Source of the DNA: Paraphysomonas bandaiensis
Taxonomy: Eukaryota; Protista; Chrysophyceae
Direction: 5' to 3'
NCBI GenBank assembly: GCA_965644295.1
Contig: CBFFRP010000145.1
Span: forward strand, 1-64,000
Length of the DNA: 64,000 nt
Part shown: one piece after another, positions 46,793 through 58,704 of the stretch
Numbering within the stretch: position 1 is the first letter of the stretch
Layout of the letters: every line of letters starts with the position of its first letter
Made by a program: the position numbers and the translations under genes
The notes under the pieces: generated by a model
The model's input: the letters and a program-made list of their open reading frames with translations, nothing else
The model's database searches: none
What the model was told of the DNA's origin: nothing

Positions 46793-48886
46793 ATGGCAAC
46801 GAGTAGACTGGATCAGATCGCCTCCTATTTCAATGAGAAGGAGCGGAGACGACTCTCTGAGTTGACTAAAAGTTCGAATGGCGGCCTGCCTGAGATGACT
46901 CGAGACGAGATAAGGCTCTCGTGTCTTGAGAATGACGGATACGACAGTCCTGAACTCAACGAGAAACTGTACCTTCACTTTAAGGGGTACAGACGCATTG
47001 AGAATCTGGACCAATACACGGGCTGTAAGGCGATTTGGTTGGACTCGAATGGACTCGAGAGGATTGAGGGCCTGCAGTCTCTCGTTAACTTGAGGTGTCT
47101 TTATTTGGGGAAAAATTTGATTAGTAAAATTGAGGGTTTGGATTCTCTTGTACACCTGACTACTCTCGACCTGTCCAATAACAGACTCACGAAGGTGGAG
47201 AATCTCTCCTGCTGTATCTCACTGCAAACAGTTAACTTGTCCCGCAATGCTCTGTCGACTGTCGATTCAATTCAACACTTTAAAGAATGTCTTTCAATTG
47301 AAAATATCGATGTTACAAATAATAATCTTGAGGGAGATATAGTTGGAAGTGTATTACAGCATATGCCTAAGTTAGTGGCGATCAGCATAAACGGAAATGC
47401 TGTTACTCAGACTCCCGCCTTCCGCAAAACCACTATCGCAGCTATGCCGAAGTTATGTTATTTGGATCGCCCGGTAGACGAGATTGAGCGACTTGGTGCT
47501 GAGGCATTCGTCAGTGGAGGTGCTGATGCAGAGCGAGCTGCGCGAGAGTCGTACAGAGAGCGCGAGAAGCAAAACCGCAAAAACGAGATGGAATCATTCC
47601 GCAAATGGCAACAAGAGCACTTGGAGACTCGCAAGAACAAGGGGGAACTGGGACGGCGCTGTTACATCAGTGACTTTACCCCCGAGGAAGCAGCTGCTCG
47701 GGAGAATGAGGCTAGGCAGGCGGCGGAAGACGAGAGGCGGGTACTGGAGCTGGGGGTTGGTCGGGTCGGCCAGAGGTATTGGCAGATGCAGGGCAAGAGT
47801 GGGAATTATGATGAGGACCCTCTACAGGCAGCAGTTGACTCTCTGTTGAAAGAACAGGAGGAGAAGGAGAAGAACTCGGCAGATAAGGAGGTGGCGGCTA
47901 CAGAGAATATTATACCTGAGGAAATAGTATCCGAGGAAGTGGTTGGAGATGAGTTGATTCCGAATGAGATTTCGGAGGGTAGTGAGGTTGCAGTGCAGAG
48001 TAATAAAATAGGAAGTAAGGATTTGACTGTGTCAAGAGAGGAGGAACAGGAAAAGAATTACGTTTTGGAGGATGATGAGCAGCCAGTTACCGAGCTGGCT
48101 GAAGTTGAAGTTGTGGTGGAAAGTGAGTGCCAGGAAGTTGAAGTTGTGGTGGAAAGTGAGTGCCAGGAAGTTGAAGTTGTGGTGGAAAGTGAGTGTCAGG
48201 AAGTTGAATCTCAAGAAGTGCGGGACCAGCGTGTGCAGGAGTCTCTTGCAATATATATGCGACAGCAGGAGCAACTCCGAGAACGACGTAGGCGACAGGA
48301 GGAAAGAGGGGAGGCCGGAAATGTCCTGCATGAGCAGAATATAGTGGAGGACACTGTCACGGTTTCGAGCACTTGGGAAGGTCCACAGTCCGCTGTGATT
48401 AATCGTCATGTGCAGACTCGCGTGTATTGGACAGAATGGATGGATATTAAACTCGCGGAGCTTGTTCGTACGTGTGTGTTTAACTTTACTCAGATTGCCG
48501 AAGCCTTTAATACCTATCCTTCCACGGAAGAGTTTTCACGCCTCCCTGGTGCTGGGCTGCCGCGCCACGAGGAATTGCGATCAGTCCTTCGGGACCTAAA
48601 TGAAGAAGAATGTCGCCTCCGATGGGCGGAGCTCGATGCGCGCAAATGGAGTGTGTCAGGTGATGACGGGGGCGATCAGAGCCGTGCTGTCTACAAAGTG
48701 TGTGTTCAACCGGATGTTCTTGGCAAAGGTCATGGGGCACAGCCGAGCTTCCAGGCTCTCGCATCGCAGGCGTCAGGAGCGATGCCGTCTTATTTGAAGG
48801 TTCCCTCCAGTTTTCCTTCGACTACAGAGTTTGACGACGGAGCGGAGACAGATAATGATGACTGCTCATTGGAGAAACTCGATTAA
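46793..48886 (+). CDS. DNAAF1: Dynein axonemal assembly factor 1 (LRRC50/ODA7), intronless, with acidic linker and C-terminal SANT/Myb-like segment
   Basis: MTRDEIRLSCLENDGYDSPELNEKLYLHFKGYRRIENLDQYTGCKAIWLDSNGL, SDS22-type LRRs, and the LRRcap RKTTIAAMPKLCYLDRPVDEIERLGAEAFVSGG..AER. Confidence 0.9.
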   Translation: MATSRLDQIASYFNEKERRRLSELTKSSNGGLPEMTRDEIRLSCLENDGYDSPELNEKLYLHFKGYRRIENLDQYTGCKAIWLDSNGLERIEGLQSLVNLRCLYLGKNLISKIEGLDSLVHLTTLDLSNNRLTKVENLSCCISLQTVNLSRNALSTVDSIQHFKECLSIENIDVTNNNLEGDIVGSVLQHMPKLVAISINGNAVTQTPAFRKTTIAAMPKLCYLDRPVDEIERLGAEAFVSGGADAERAARESYREREKQNRKNEMESFRKWQQEHLETRKNKGELGRRCYISDFTPEEAAARENEARQAAEDERRVLELGVGRVGQRYWQMQGKSGNYDEDPLQAAVDSLLKEQEEKEKNSADKEVAATENIIPEEIVSEEVVGDELIPNEISEGSEVAVQSNKIGSKDLTVSREEEQEKNYVLEDDEQPVTELAEVEVVVESECQEVEVVVESECQEVEVVVESECQEVESQEVRDQRVQESLAIYMRQQEQLRERRRRQEERGEAGNVLHEQNIVEDTVTVSSTWEGPQSAVINRHVQTRVYWTEWMDIKLAELVRTCVFNFTQIAEAFNTYPSTEEFSRLPGAGLPRHEELRSVLRDLNEEECRLRWAELDARKWSVSGDDGGDQSRAVYKVCVQPDVLGKGHGAQPSFQALASQASGAMPSYLKVPSSFPSTTEFDDGAETDNDDCSLEKLD
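48101..48199 (+). repeat. 33-bp coding tandem repeat x3 (EVEVVVESECQ) in the DNAAF1 linker
   Basis: gaagttgaagttgtggtggaaagtgagtg(c/t)cag repeated three times. Confidence 0.9.
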
Positions 48887-49171
48887 CTAGCGGGCTATAT
48901 GCACTTGTATTCATAATTGTAACTAGCAATTGGTGTAGTATGATGGAGTAATGGCTTTTTATTTGGAACTGGGTACAGCTCAGTAATTTACAGCACGATT
49001 AGTCGAAAGCCTATTGCTTTTTGAGCCTTCATCAGCTTGGTACAAGTTACAAGTGTAAACCATCTACACTTTCTTACATTTTTTGGTACTTATACTGCAG
49101 ACCTTCTTATACTAGTCACTGCGCTTAGTTGTTGATTTTTTACATCAAACTAAATTAGCAGATATAATGAC

Positions 49172-49872
49172 CAGGGATAGGGAACAATATATTGTATTGC
49201 AATACATTGTACAATATATTGATTAGTGGACTGGTCAAATATTTCATCAATAGCGTTTCTGTTAAAAGAGCTCCCAATACTATTGCAATATATTGCAATC
49301 AATATTATGATAGTCATATAAGAGAAGATTCTCAACCACTGTAGGGTGCAAAATGAATATAAATAACCGAGAAATTGATTACAACATTACAAAGGATAAT
49401 GAAGCTGATGTTGACTATGCGACTCAAAACCTTCAGTCAGCTCAAAAAATTAAGAAACGTACAGATCCGCGAGTCATTAACGGTTGCCTGGCCCTGGTAT
49501 GTACATCCAATACATGGGAACGTCTGTTCAGCACAGCTAAACATATTATATCAGTGTTGCGCAAAAGTATCCATCCTACGTAATATGCTGTTGTTTCTGA
49601 AAGCTATTCGATAGTTATGACCGGGTACTAGCATAATTCAATTAATTCTGTGGATGAATATGATGGTGATGTTGACGTCACCGATGATGGCTCAGAGGAT
49701 GAGGACGAGGTGGATTTTTAGTAGCTATAAGCAGCAGTTGGTTTGGTTGTCATGTGATCTTAATGACTAATACTAAAAATGAAATCTACGGATGTGTTTA
49801 CCTACTGATTAGTCATACTAATATATTGCAATACATTGACAATATATTGCAATATATTGTTCCCTATCCCTG
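49172..49872 (+). mobile_element. Non-autonomous hAT DNA transposon, copy 2 (701 bp)
   Basis: Perfect 23-bp TIR cagggatagggaacaatatattg / caatatattgttccctatccctg. TSD ATAATGAC at 49164-49171 and 49873-49880. hATC remnant CTSNTWERLFSTAKHIISVLRKSIHP. Confidence 0.96.
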
Positions 49873-50289
49873 ATAATGACGATGAAAACAAATCTTCCAA
49901 TTTTTTTCACCTTCCATTCCGCTAAGGCTTGATTACAGTTTTATTCTACGTATTTCTACTTCTCGTAACAATGACATAACAAACGGCCACATATCATGGG
50001 TAAATAAGATTGACTTGTGACAACAGACATATTTGAGGAGAAATATGACCGAAGACAAAGTCGATTAATAACAATTCTGGGAAAAGTGCACTAATACTAA
50101 ATGGAGAAGTAGTACAGTCAGAACATGAAAACAAGTGCACACCTGATTCTATTGTTATAACAACGTAATTATAGATATAGAAGCCATAATATGTATTGAA
50201 CAACTGGTTACTCCTTCAAGATACTAAATACTTTTCCGTGCTCTGTTGAGCATTTTTATATATTAAAAAGCTTCATACAAAAAGTACAT

Positions 50290-50370
50290 TGATTGTTTGA
50301 CCAGAAAAATTTCCATCAACACTGTTACTGTTAAGCTAGTAGCACACAATATATATTGCAATCAATATAT
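50290..50370 (+). mobile_element. Short degraded subterminal fragment of the hAT family
   Basis: ttccatcaacactgttactgttaag...caatatattgcaatcaatat resembles 49240-49310. Confidence 0.45.
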
Positions 50371-51219
50371 AGTATAGTATATATAGTTGAAAATCTGATT
50401 ATTAAGAAGTGCAAGCTTGTGTGATCATCTATGATCAATAGATATATTACGCGACCAACCTAACAACTCGCGCGACACTAAAAGCATAAAATGACTTTCA
50501 TCTAGTTACTATATTGAATGCACCGGCAAGTGCTCAACTCTATACAACACGATTTAGTTAGCTACATGGGCATACGACGAGTTGCGTGTTTAAGCCGGAT
50601 CATACGCTCCTGCCCAGTCTACTTGTTCTCCTAACACAAACAACTTGCGGTCGGTGTCTTTGGCATATGTCTCCTGTATATGCGGCAGATCTTTAGGGCC
50701 CTACTCAAGGTAGTGTTTACAGCAGCAAGTTGTAGTCTGGAGGGGAGAATAGAGTAGATCTAGCGCCGGGTCCTCCCACGGTCATGAAGCGGCCTCACTG
50801 GTGCAATTTTGCACACTGACGCATAAAACATACATCTACCAAAATCTGTTACAAATTCAAGCTGACTCCAATATCTTCCTTCCATATTGTGTGCACTCGT
50901 CCAGCACATGCATTCACCTTGCACTCTTCTCCCGAGCGACTTACACTAGTTGGAAACCGTGCACCTTCCCTGATCGGATGAAAACCTACTAAAATTAAGC
51001 AAGAATAACATAAAAGCACCACAAATGTACCTGACACTGCTTGGAAAACAGTGCCAGAGCCTTGATATAATCTCAATGACCTGGGTCAGGAGAAACCAAG
51101 GCTAGGCAGTAGACGTGTGAGAAGACATGACAGGCTAATCACATCATTGCCATAGCCATGCATCCATCATGATGAGGAAAGTTTGACGCATTAATAATGT
51201 GAACTCATACTCAGCATCA

Positions 51220-51607
51220 ATCACTCAAAGCAAACGCAGTGAGCAAGCAGAATGTTGATATACCTGACATCTGCTGACTTCAGGTTTCTTGAGTTCTTAA
51301 GGTGAACATCCCGGATGCTTAACTTCAGCAGGCAGCCCAATACCCCGGTTACCCTTCTGGTGGGCCCTGTCCCGGATGCCCTTGAGGTGCGCCCATTCCC
51401 GGATATGCCCTGTTTATTCGTCAGGGCCCTAAGACGTCTACACAAGTGACACTTATTAATGTCCCTTGTACCACACAAGCATTGGCTATGAGTGGGCAGA
51501 ACAATATCTGCTGACTATGTTTGCGGCTCATGTTAGTTTCCCGGAGAAATCTCTCCGGTACTTATCCCCCAGAACACCACGAAAAAATGTGAGTCCAACT
51601 TTGTTGA
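51220..51607 (-). repeat. Dispersed repeat family A, copy 3 (with an internal ~27-bp duplication)
   Basis: The reverse complement is colinear with 7017-7379, including both ends. Confidence 0.9.
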
Positions 51608-52270
51608 GGGATAGTGTATTATATAGTAACTGATAAGTACCAAAAGCTTCTTAATTAATATATATCTATTGGTCATAGAGATGATCACACTGATATGCAA
51701 ATAAGTAAATCTACATATATACAATGTACATGATAGTTGTAATCAACCAGTCGCTACAGAACACAGCAGCCTCAATATTGTTACAAAGTATGTTATAATA
51801 ACATCATACTAATTAATGTACATGTTATAACATTAAGTGTAGTAGTGTGCATTATATATATATATTATATATTATGTAGTTACTTCCGTCAAAGAAAAGG
51901 ACTAAAAAACAGCAATGGGAGATAGTAACAGAGCCTAAAACAGAATGGGTGGATCAATGCGCATTCTCATCTGCTGAGAAAAATGCCAACGTAGTATAGT
52001 GGTGTGTCGTACAAGGAATAGCTTCATGCTTATAACTGCATAGCTTGAACTGTATATAATATATAGGTGTAGTCGGTAGTCGGTGAAAAACTGTTGCTGT
52101 AAAACTGTTGTAATAATATATGTATGAAAGTAGCAAAAAATAGAAAGAATGTTCTTCACACTGCTGATATCCTCATAAAGTAGTTACCTATTGCGCATAG
52201 TTATACCCTCTTCCGACCATCATAAATTTTTCACCAGATTTTATACATTTCACCCCGTCTTTACTCTTTT

Positions 52271-52550
52271 ATATGATGCTGCTTCGGGAAGCTAATCAAC
52301 ACTTGTGACCGGCTGCGAGCACATTTTCATTAATTTTTAATGAATGTGGTGATGATGTCACCGATGATGGTTCAGAGAGGATTAGTAAAGGTAAAATAGT
52401 GATATGAAAAGCAGTAGGTTGTCTCTGCTTGCCAATGTAGTGAGTTTGGCTATCACGTGATCTATCTTATAAGGACTAGTATTAAAAATGGAATATACTC
52501 ATGTAATTATGTGCTGATATATTGCAATAGTACTGTGGCACCGGTTAAAC
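52271..52550 (+). mobile_element. Older internal/right fragment of the hAT family
   Basis: gaagctaatcaacacttgtgaccgg...gatgtcaccgatgatggttcagag...atattgcaatagtactgtggcaccggtt matches ~16650-16945. Confidence 0.75.
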
Positions 52551-52851
52551 GAGTATTACAATGGTATTGGTTATGAAAATAAAGTGCACATAGACTACGG
52601 AAATTTATTATATTCCGCAATTATTAGCTCTAAATATACAGCCATAAACCAAAAATTCACTTATGTTATGTAGTTATGGATGTTCACTGAAAATACAGTT
52701 TCAAATTCATTGGAACTATATTGAACAAACGCGAGTTATAGTAATGGTTCGATGGTTTGCTCGGTCGAGAACAAATTAACTTAATTTTTTATCAACGATA
52801 GAAACGACAACAAATGCATTACATCAAACACATCTCCATCAGATTAAATAT

Positions 52852-55800
52852 TTATTTTTTCTTTCCCTTCGCGCCTTTCTTGGCCTTAGGATCTTCATAT
52901 TCATCAGGAAAGGCGGCAACAAGAGCTTCTGATGCTCTCTGCAACATATATTTCAACGCCTCGTTCTTCTTTTCGATATCTAATTTATAGGCTTCTCGAG
53001 CATTCCATGCTTCAATAGCTTCTCCGTAGTTAGCTGATATGAGCCCACGGATCGCATCGATTCTTTCGAGCGTAGTTGCTCTCATTTTGTCATTAAAAGC
53101 TGTCAAGCTATCCAATGATTCTTTCGCATTTTGAGATGCGTTCTCCATATCGGCTTTTGCAAAATCATTCTCCATCTGTACAACCTCCGCCGAAAGAAGT
53201 TCAGGGCATTGCCCATCCGGAACTTTCGAAATGAATTCCTTGTACTGAAAATACGAGCCATAAATCAAAGTTTGGCAAATATTATGTTACACACATACCT
53301 CAGGAAGTGATTGAAGTGCTTTCTCGCGATCTGCAATGCTCTCTTCTGATTTTTCAAGCGCTTCTGCCAACTCCGGCACACCGTCTACAGAATGCTCTTG
53401 ATCTGCTGTTGTGCGCCCAAGACGAATATCAAAAAAGGTTTTCGCCGCTTGCGCACGCGAACGCCGACCAGAACTTACTTCGTCCCACTTATTTTTCATT
53501 GCTGTATATCGCTCAAGGTTATACAAGTCATGCTGCATCTTCACGATTTTTCCGGCAAGAACATCGAGCTGCCATTTGAATAATGCTTTATTTGATAGAC
53601 CAGCGCCATATACCGAACGCCCATCCATATTTCCAAGTTCACTTGATGTATTGGATCTTCTAAACTGGAAAGGATATCTTGATCTCCATTCATCAGGAAC
53701 ATGCATTCGATTTTCATCAACAATCAATTCTAGAATAAATTCAAGTACATCACTATCCGACGCTTTGCCTGACTTTTTATCAGCCTTGCTTTTTGTGGAT
53801 TTTTCAGTCTTCTGCTCACCCTCAGCAACTGCAACATCAAGAAACCTGGTTTTGTCTATCATATATAGTTGCAAAATCGATCGTGCGTTATATTCCCCCA
53901 CCAACTGCCTGTCTGACTTGCGATACATCCTTGCAGTAAACCACAAGTGTTCGTTCACGTCGCAAGGAGAAGAGTCGTTTATCAATCTTACATTGTCATC
54001 ATTATCATCCACATCTTCAATCCGATGGGTAGAAATTCTAAAAGCCAAAGGGAAGTCATTGGTGTCAGCAGAAATCACATCTTTAAAAATACACAGCTTA
54101 TTATTAGCCGCATATTCGCCAGTAAATCGTTGTCCAGGAGGCTCGGGGATCATATAAGGAATAATTTCTTCGGGGGCTACAAGTGGCCGTCGAGTAAGGG
54201 CATACGCTTTCCACGAAAATTCCGGGACATTCATGGTAGAATGATAACACCGTCCTACAACGGTTACGCAACGCGAATTGTGCAATTGAAAACAATTCCC
54301 ATTGACAAGTGGAAGCACTTTGCTGTTATGAGTTTCATCATCAATGGCAACAAGTGATAAGGTATTGTATATTGCCCTATCACTGGTATGCACGAAAAAA
54401 AATGCACTCTCATCTTGAAAGTCAGAGGTTGAGCTACCATTAACTTCGCTCAATTTAAGCGGAATACGAAACAAAATTTGCTCCGTTTTCGCATGTGTCG
54501 GTTGTGTACTTCCCTCAAATACTCGGGCGACTCCGCCTGAGTTTTCCCACACCTGTGAGGCTTCTAAAATTTCAATGGGATCAGGGCAGTGAAATGATAT
54601 ACGGCAAGATGACTTCGTAAACAACCGCACCCTAAACAAAACGGATTCATTGGGCACTCTACTCATAGGAATATTGAATGTTGTGCGCGCCATCGGAAGA
54701 GGGTTAGAAGCACACAACTGCACTCTCATGACTAGAGGCTCCTCTTTGTCAACACGAATCTCTTGCAAAACGAGAATTGCATCGTCAATTATACCGAAAA
54801 TGCGATCCGAATTCTCAGAATTTTCTACTTCAGTTGATTCTGCACCGCATTCATTTTTATCGGCGTTTGGGGCCAGAGAAACTACATCCGCTTGAACACT
54901 GACACTCAGAGAATAATGTGAAGAGCCCAGAGCTGAATTCATTTCCAACTGTTCAGTGCATGGCTCAACAAGGTCCGTCTCAGCAGTAGGAGAATTTTCT
55001 AGCACTGAAGAGCCTTGAACTTTCGGCTGTATACGTAACAACATAGGGGGGAAAACACCGCGATCAACACCTTCATACGGTACTCCAATCGGATTCATTG
55101 TCGGAGTAACCGCAGCTTTCTTATCCTTAGCTTTCGCTTTCCCCTTACCTTTCGCACCGTCGTCACTCTTCTCGCTGCATTCCCAGTGCCAACCCATTTC
55201 CGCACACTGATTAGTACGCAGTCTGGTGTCGAGACCGCATACATAAACGTAGTACTCGCAGCACAACTCACGGATGGATATCCACTGATACTCCACAGGA
55301 CGGGAGCCAGGGATATCTGGGTCTGGGTCAGGATTTTCGCCCACTGTCATCGGAAATACTTTCCATTTGATGAGAAGCTGGGTTTCTATTAAATCCTTCT
55401 CGCCTTCTGGGTAGCAAATAGCTAAAATAGGGTATATCTCCTGACGTGTGCCATCCAACGACAGTCGGTATATATAATAAGCCTCAGAAAATGGTGTGGC
55501 TACAGATTGGTTAATTGTGTCTATGAGTTCTTCACGTTTAACCACAGCTCGAATCAAGTTTTCTTTCTCCAATTTCTTTTTACGCAATAAGTCTTTTAAT
55601 TGCTTTTTGGTCCTTTGCTTATTCATCTACTCACAAACACACACATTACACAAGAACCCTCATTAATCTGAATGCTTTATCAGGATTGACATGCTTAACT
55701 TCAAAATTGATGATGTATCATTACCTGACTTTGATCTTCTTGGATAGCTACAACCGCTTCCTGAGAAGGAATGCAGTCCGGTTTGACCACCATAGCCCCA

Positions 55801-57067
55801 CCAAAAGTAATTTCTTCAAGGTTCAAAATAATTCGATTAGTTTGAGAAGTACACACTTCAATAAGATTCCATGGTGCACATGGTAACCAGCCTGTCATCA
55901 CATGCAGCGCAAACCCGACAAATGATGCAGGGTTTAGTGCATCGGAGGGAGAGTTTTCATTGGTAGGCGGGAAAATGTTGAGTGTGTTATGATATCTACG
56001 AATGACAGTGAGAAGAAAAACTTGTTATCTTCTAAGCACGTACCCACAAGCAGTGTAGACCGTGTATACAGCTTTCGCAAGGATCGATGGCCACAATTCA
56101 TAAGCATTACTGCTTGAGGCAATTGTCACTTCATTATTCTGAACTGGAAAGCAATCAAAGACAGGTACTTTCCGCCATTTTCCTGCAAGGAACAGCTTTA
56201 CACAATATTTTCCTGACTTATTCCAACATGGTTTTCCAGCAGCATTTTGCGGATATATCGCTCTCCATAAAAACGGAGCATCTGAATCAGCGCTGTTGGT
56301 TAGAGATGACTGAAAATATTGAGCGACAAGGCGGAAAGCGGCACACATTAGCGGATCAAATTCTGCATTTTCTTGGATTATTGGCTCTGTGCTTTCCTCT
56401 GGGCTCTCTTCAATATTATTCTCCTCTTCATTTCTAGCATCTGCTTCTACAGGGGTACCTGTCGAGCACTCACCTTCTGGTGGCTCATTGTGTACTTCGT
56501 CTGACGTAGGTGATGGTTCGTGGTTCTCCACGACATTCTTCGATATCATGCATCGAAAAGTCGTTTCAATGCTATACGACAAGTACTCTTGTGAGGTTGG
56601 ATCACTAGCAGCCGATTCAGAGCCGATGTATACTCGAGGCAGGAGGCGACCTTCTTCATCAACAGCATTATCTTCAAGTGGAATATCGACAGCTTTTTTC
56701 TTAGCTCCCTTCTTAGCATCACCTTCTTGCTCCACAGGAAGTCCTAACATTTCAGTAACACTCTTTTGCTCTGCACAGAGTATATTGTTCGGATATTTTA
56801 CTTTTATATTCTTGAGAGTTTCCCCAACTTCTGACCAGACCTCATCCACATTCCACTCCTCAAATATCTCCTCCACATTAAAGAAATCTCCAGCCACAGA
56901 TGGTTCTAAAGCAGATACTCCCCCAAGAAGTGGACGAGGAGTCGCCTGTAGAATCATAAGCAGACATACGGTATCATCTGGTATATTACCTCTCTGAGGA
57001 AGTTGGTCGGATCCACCACTAGCGGCTCATCCTTCCCTTTCTTCTTATTGTCTTTCTTCGCAGGCAT
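52852..57067 (-). CDS. Androglobin-like protein with N-terminal calpain-like domain (multi-exon; probably ciliary)
   Basis: LWRAIYPQNAAGKPCWNKSGKYCVKLFLAGKWRKVPVFDCFP...ELWPSILAKAV resembles the ADGB calpain segment. MKNKWDEVSSGRRSRAQAAK resembles the ADGB C-terminal MK.AWE..EPGR..KA motif. Start MPAKKDNKKKGK at 57067. Confidence 0.75.
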
Positions 57068-57332
57068 TAGTTAGCGTCAATGGTAATATACTGCAAGGCT
57101 CTTATTAGAAGATCATTTATCAAGGAGCTGAACTACGTAACAGGCAATGAGTGTGCTGTACAGTGATATAAAGAGACTTGTCAAACATGCATGTCTGTTA
57201 CAATGCGTCCCATCCTCTGCATGTATGTATTCTACACCTCCCACACTACACTCTACTACAACTACTGTGGTATACTATCTGCATGTATGAACCAGACTAC
57301 ACGGAGCAGCAGTGGATACAACGGTTTCATGA

Positions 57333-57498
57333 TATACATACATACATACATACATACATACATACATACATACATACATACATACATACATACATACATA
57401 CATACATACATACATACATACATACATACATACATACATACATACATACATACATACATACATACATACATACATACATACATACATACATACATACA

Positions 57499-57530
<32 letters not shown>

Positions 57531-58223
57531 CATACATACATACATACATATACATACATACATACATACATACATACATACATACATACATACATACATA
57601 CATACATACATACATACATACATACATACATACATACATACATACATACATACATACATACATACATACATACATACATACATACATACATACATACACA
57701 TACATACATACATACATACATACATACATACATACATACATACATACATACATACATACATACATACATACATACATACTTACATACATACATACGTACA
57801 TACATACATACATACATACATACATACATACATACATACATACATACATACATACATACATACATACATACATACATACATACATACATACTTACATACA
57901 TACATACGTACATACATACATACATACATACATACATACATACATACATACATACATACATACATACATACATACATACATACATACATACATACATACA
58001 TACATACATACATACATACATACATACATACATACATACATACATACATACTTACATACATACATACGTACATACATACATACATACATACATACATACA
58101 TACATACATACATACATACATACATACATACATACATACATACATACATACATACATACTTACATACATACATACGTACATACATACATACATACATACA
58201 TACGTACATACATACATACATAC

Positions 58224-58254
<31 letters not shown>

Positions 58255-58470
58255 CATACATACATACATACATACATACATACATACATACATACATACA
58301 TACATACATACATACATACATACATACATACATACATACATACATACATACATACATACATACATACATACATACATACATACATACATACATACATACA
58401 TACATACATACATACATACATACATACATACATACATACATACATACGTACATACATACATACGTACATA
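57333..58470. repeat. (TACA)n microsatellite (~1.1 kb) in a divergent promoter
   Basis: Lies between ATG 57067 (-) and ATG 58705 (+) and contains recurrent TACT/TACG variants. Confidence 0.98.
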
Positions 58471-58704
58471 GAGCAGCAGTATTTGGTATTTGGACATACA
58501 GGTACACTGCTGTATGTGTATGCAGCGGTACATTTCCATATTTAGTGTGTATTTAATATATCGACATCAGGCAGGCTTTATCAGGGAAGTACGGGGCTTA
58601 ATTTCTTCACAGAGGAATTTCGATGGTCCGAAATTTCTTTGTTTCCCTATATCGGCGTAGTGGTCGTGTTGATATATATTTAGCTTACATTTGAAAGCGT
58701 CGTC

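Noticed and set aside
24271-58470. TACA arrays as interstitial telomere repeats
   Set aside because: They lack the G-rich TTAGGG/TTTAGGG-type unit, occur in both orientations, and are promoter-associated.
24023-58545. Long ORFs reading (MYVC)n or (HTYI)n over the four microsatellite arrays
   Set aside because: They are artefacts of a stop-free tetranucleotide repeat that is open in all frames. The real starts lie outside the arrays (e.g. 24194, not 24599).
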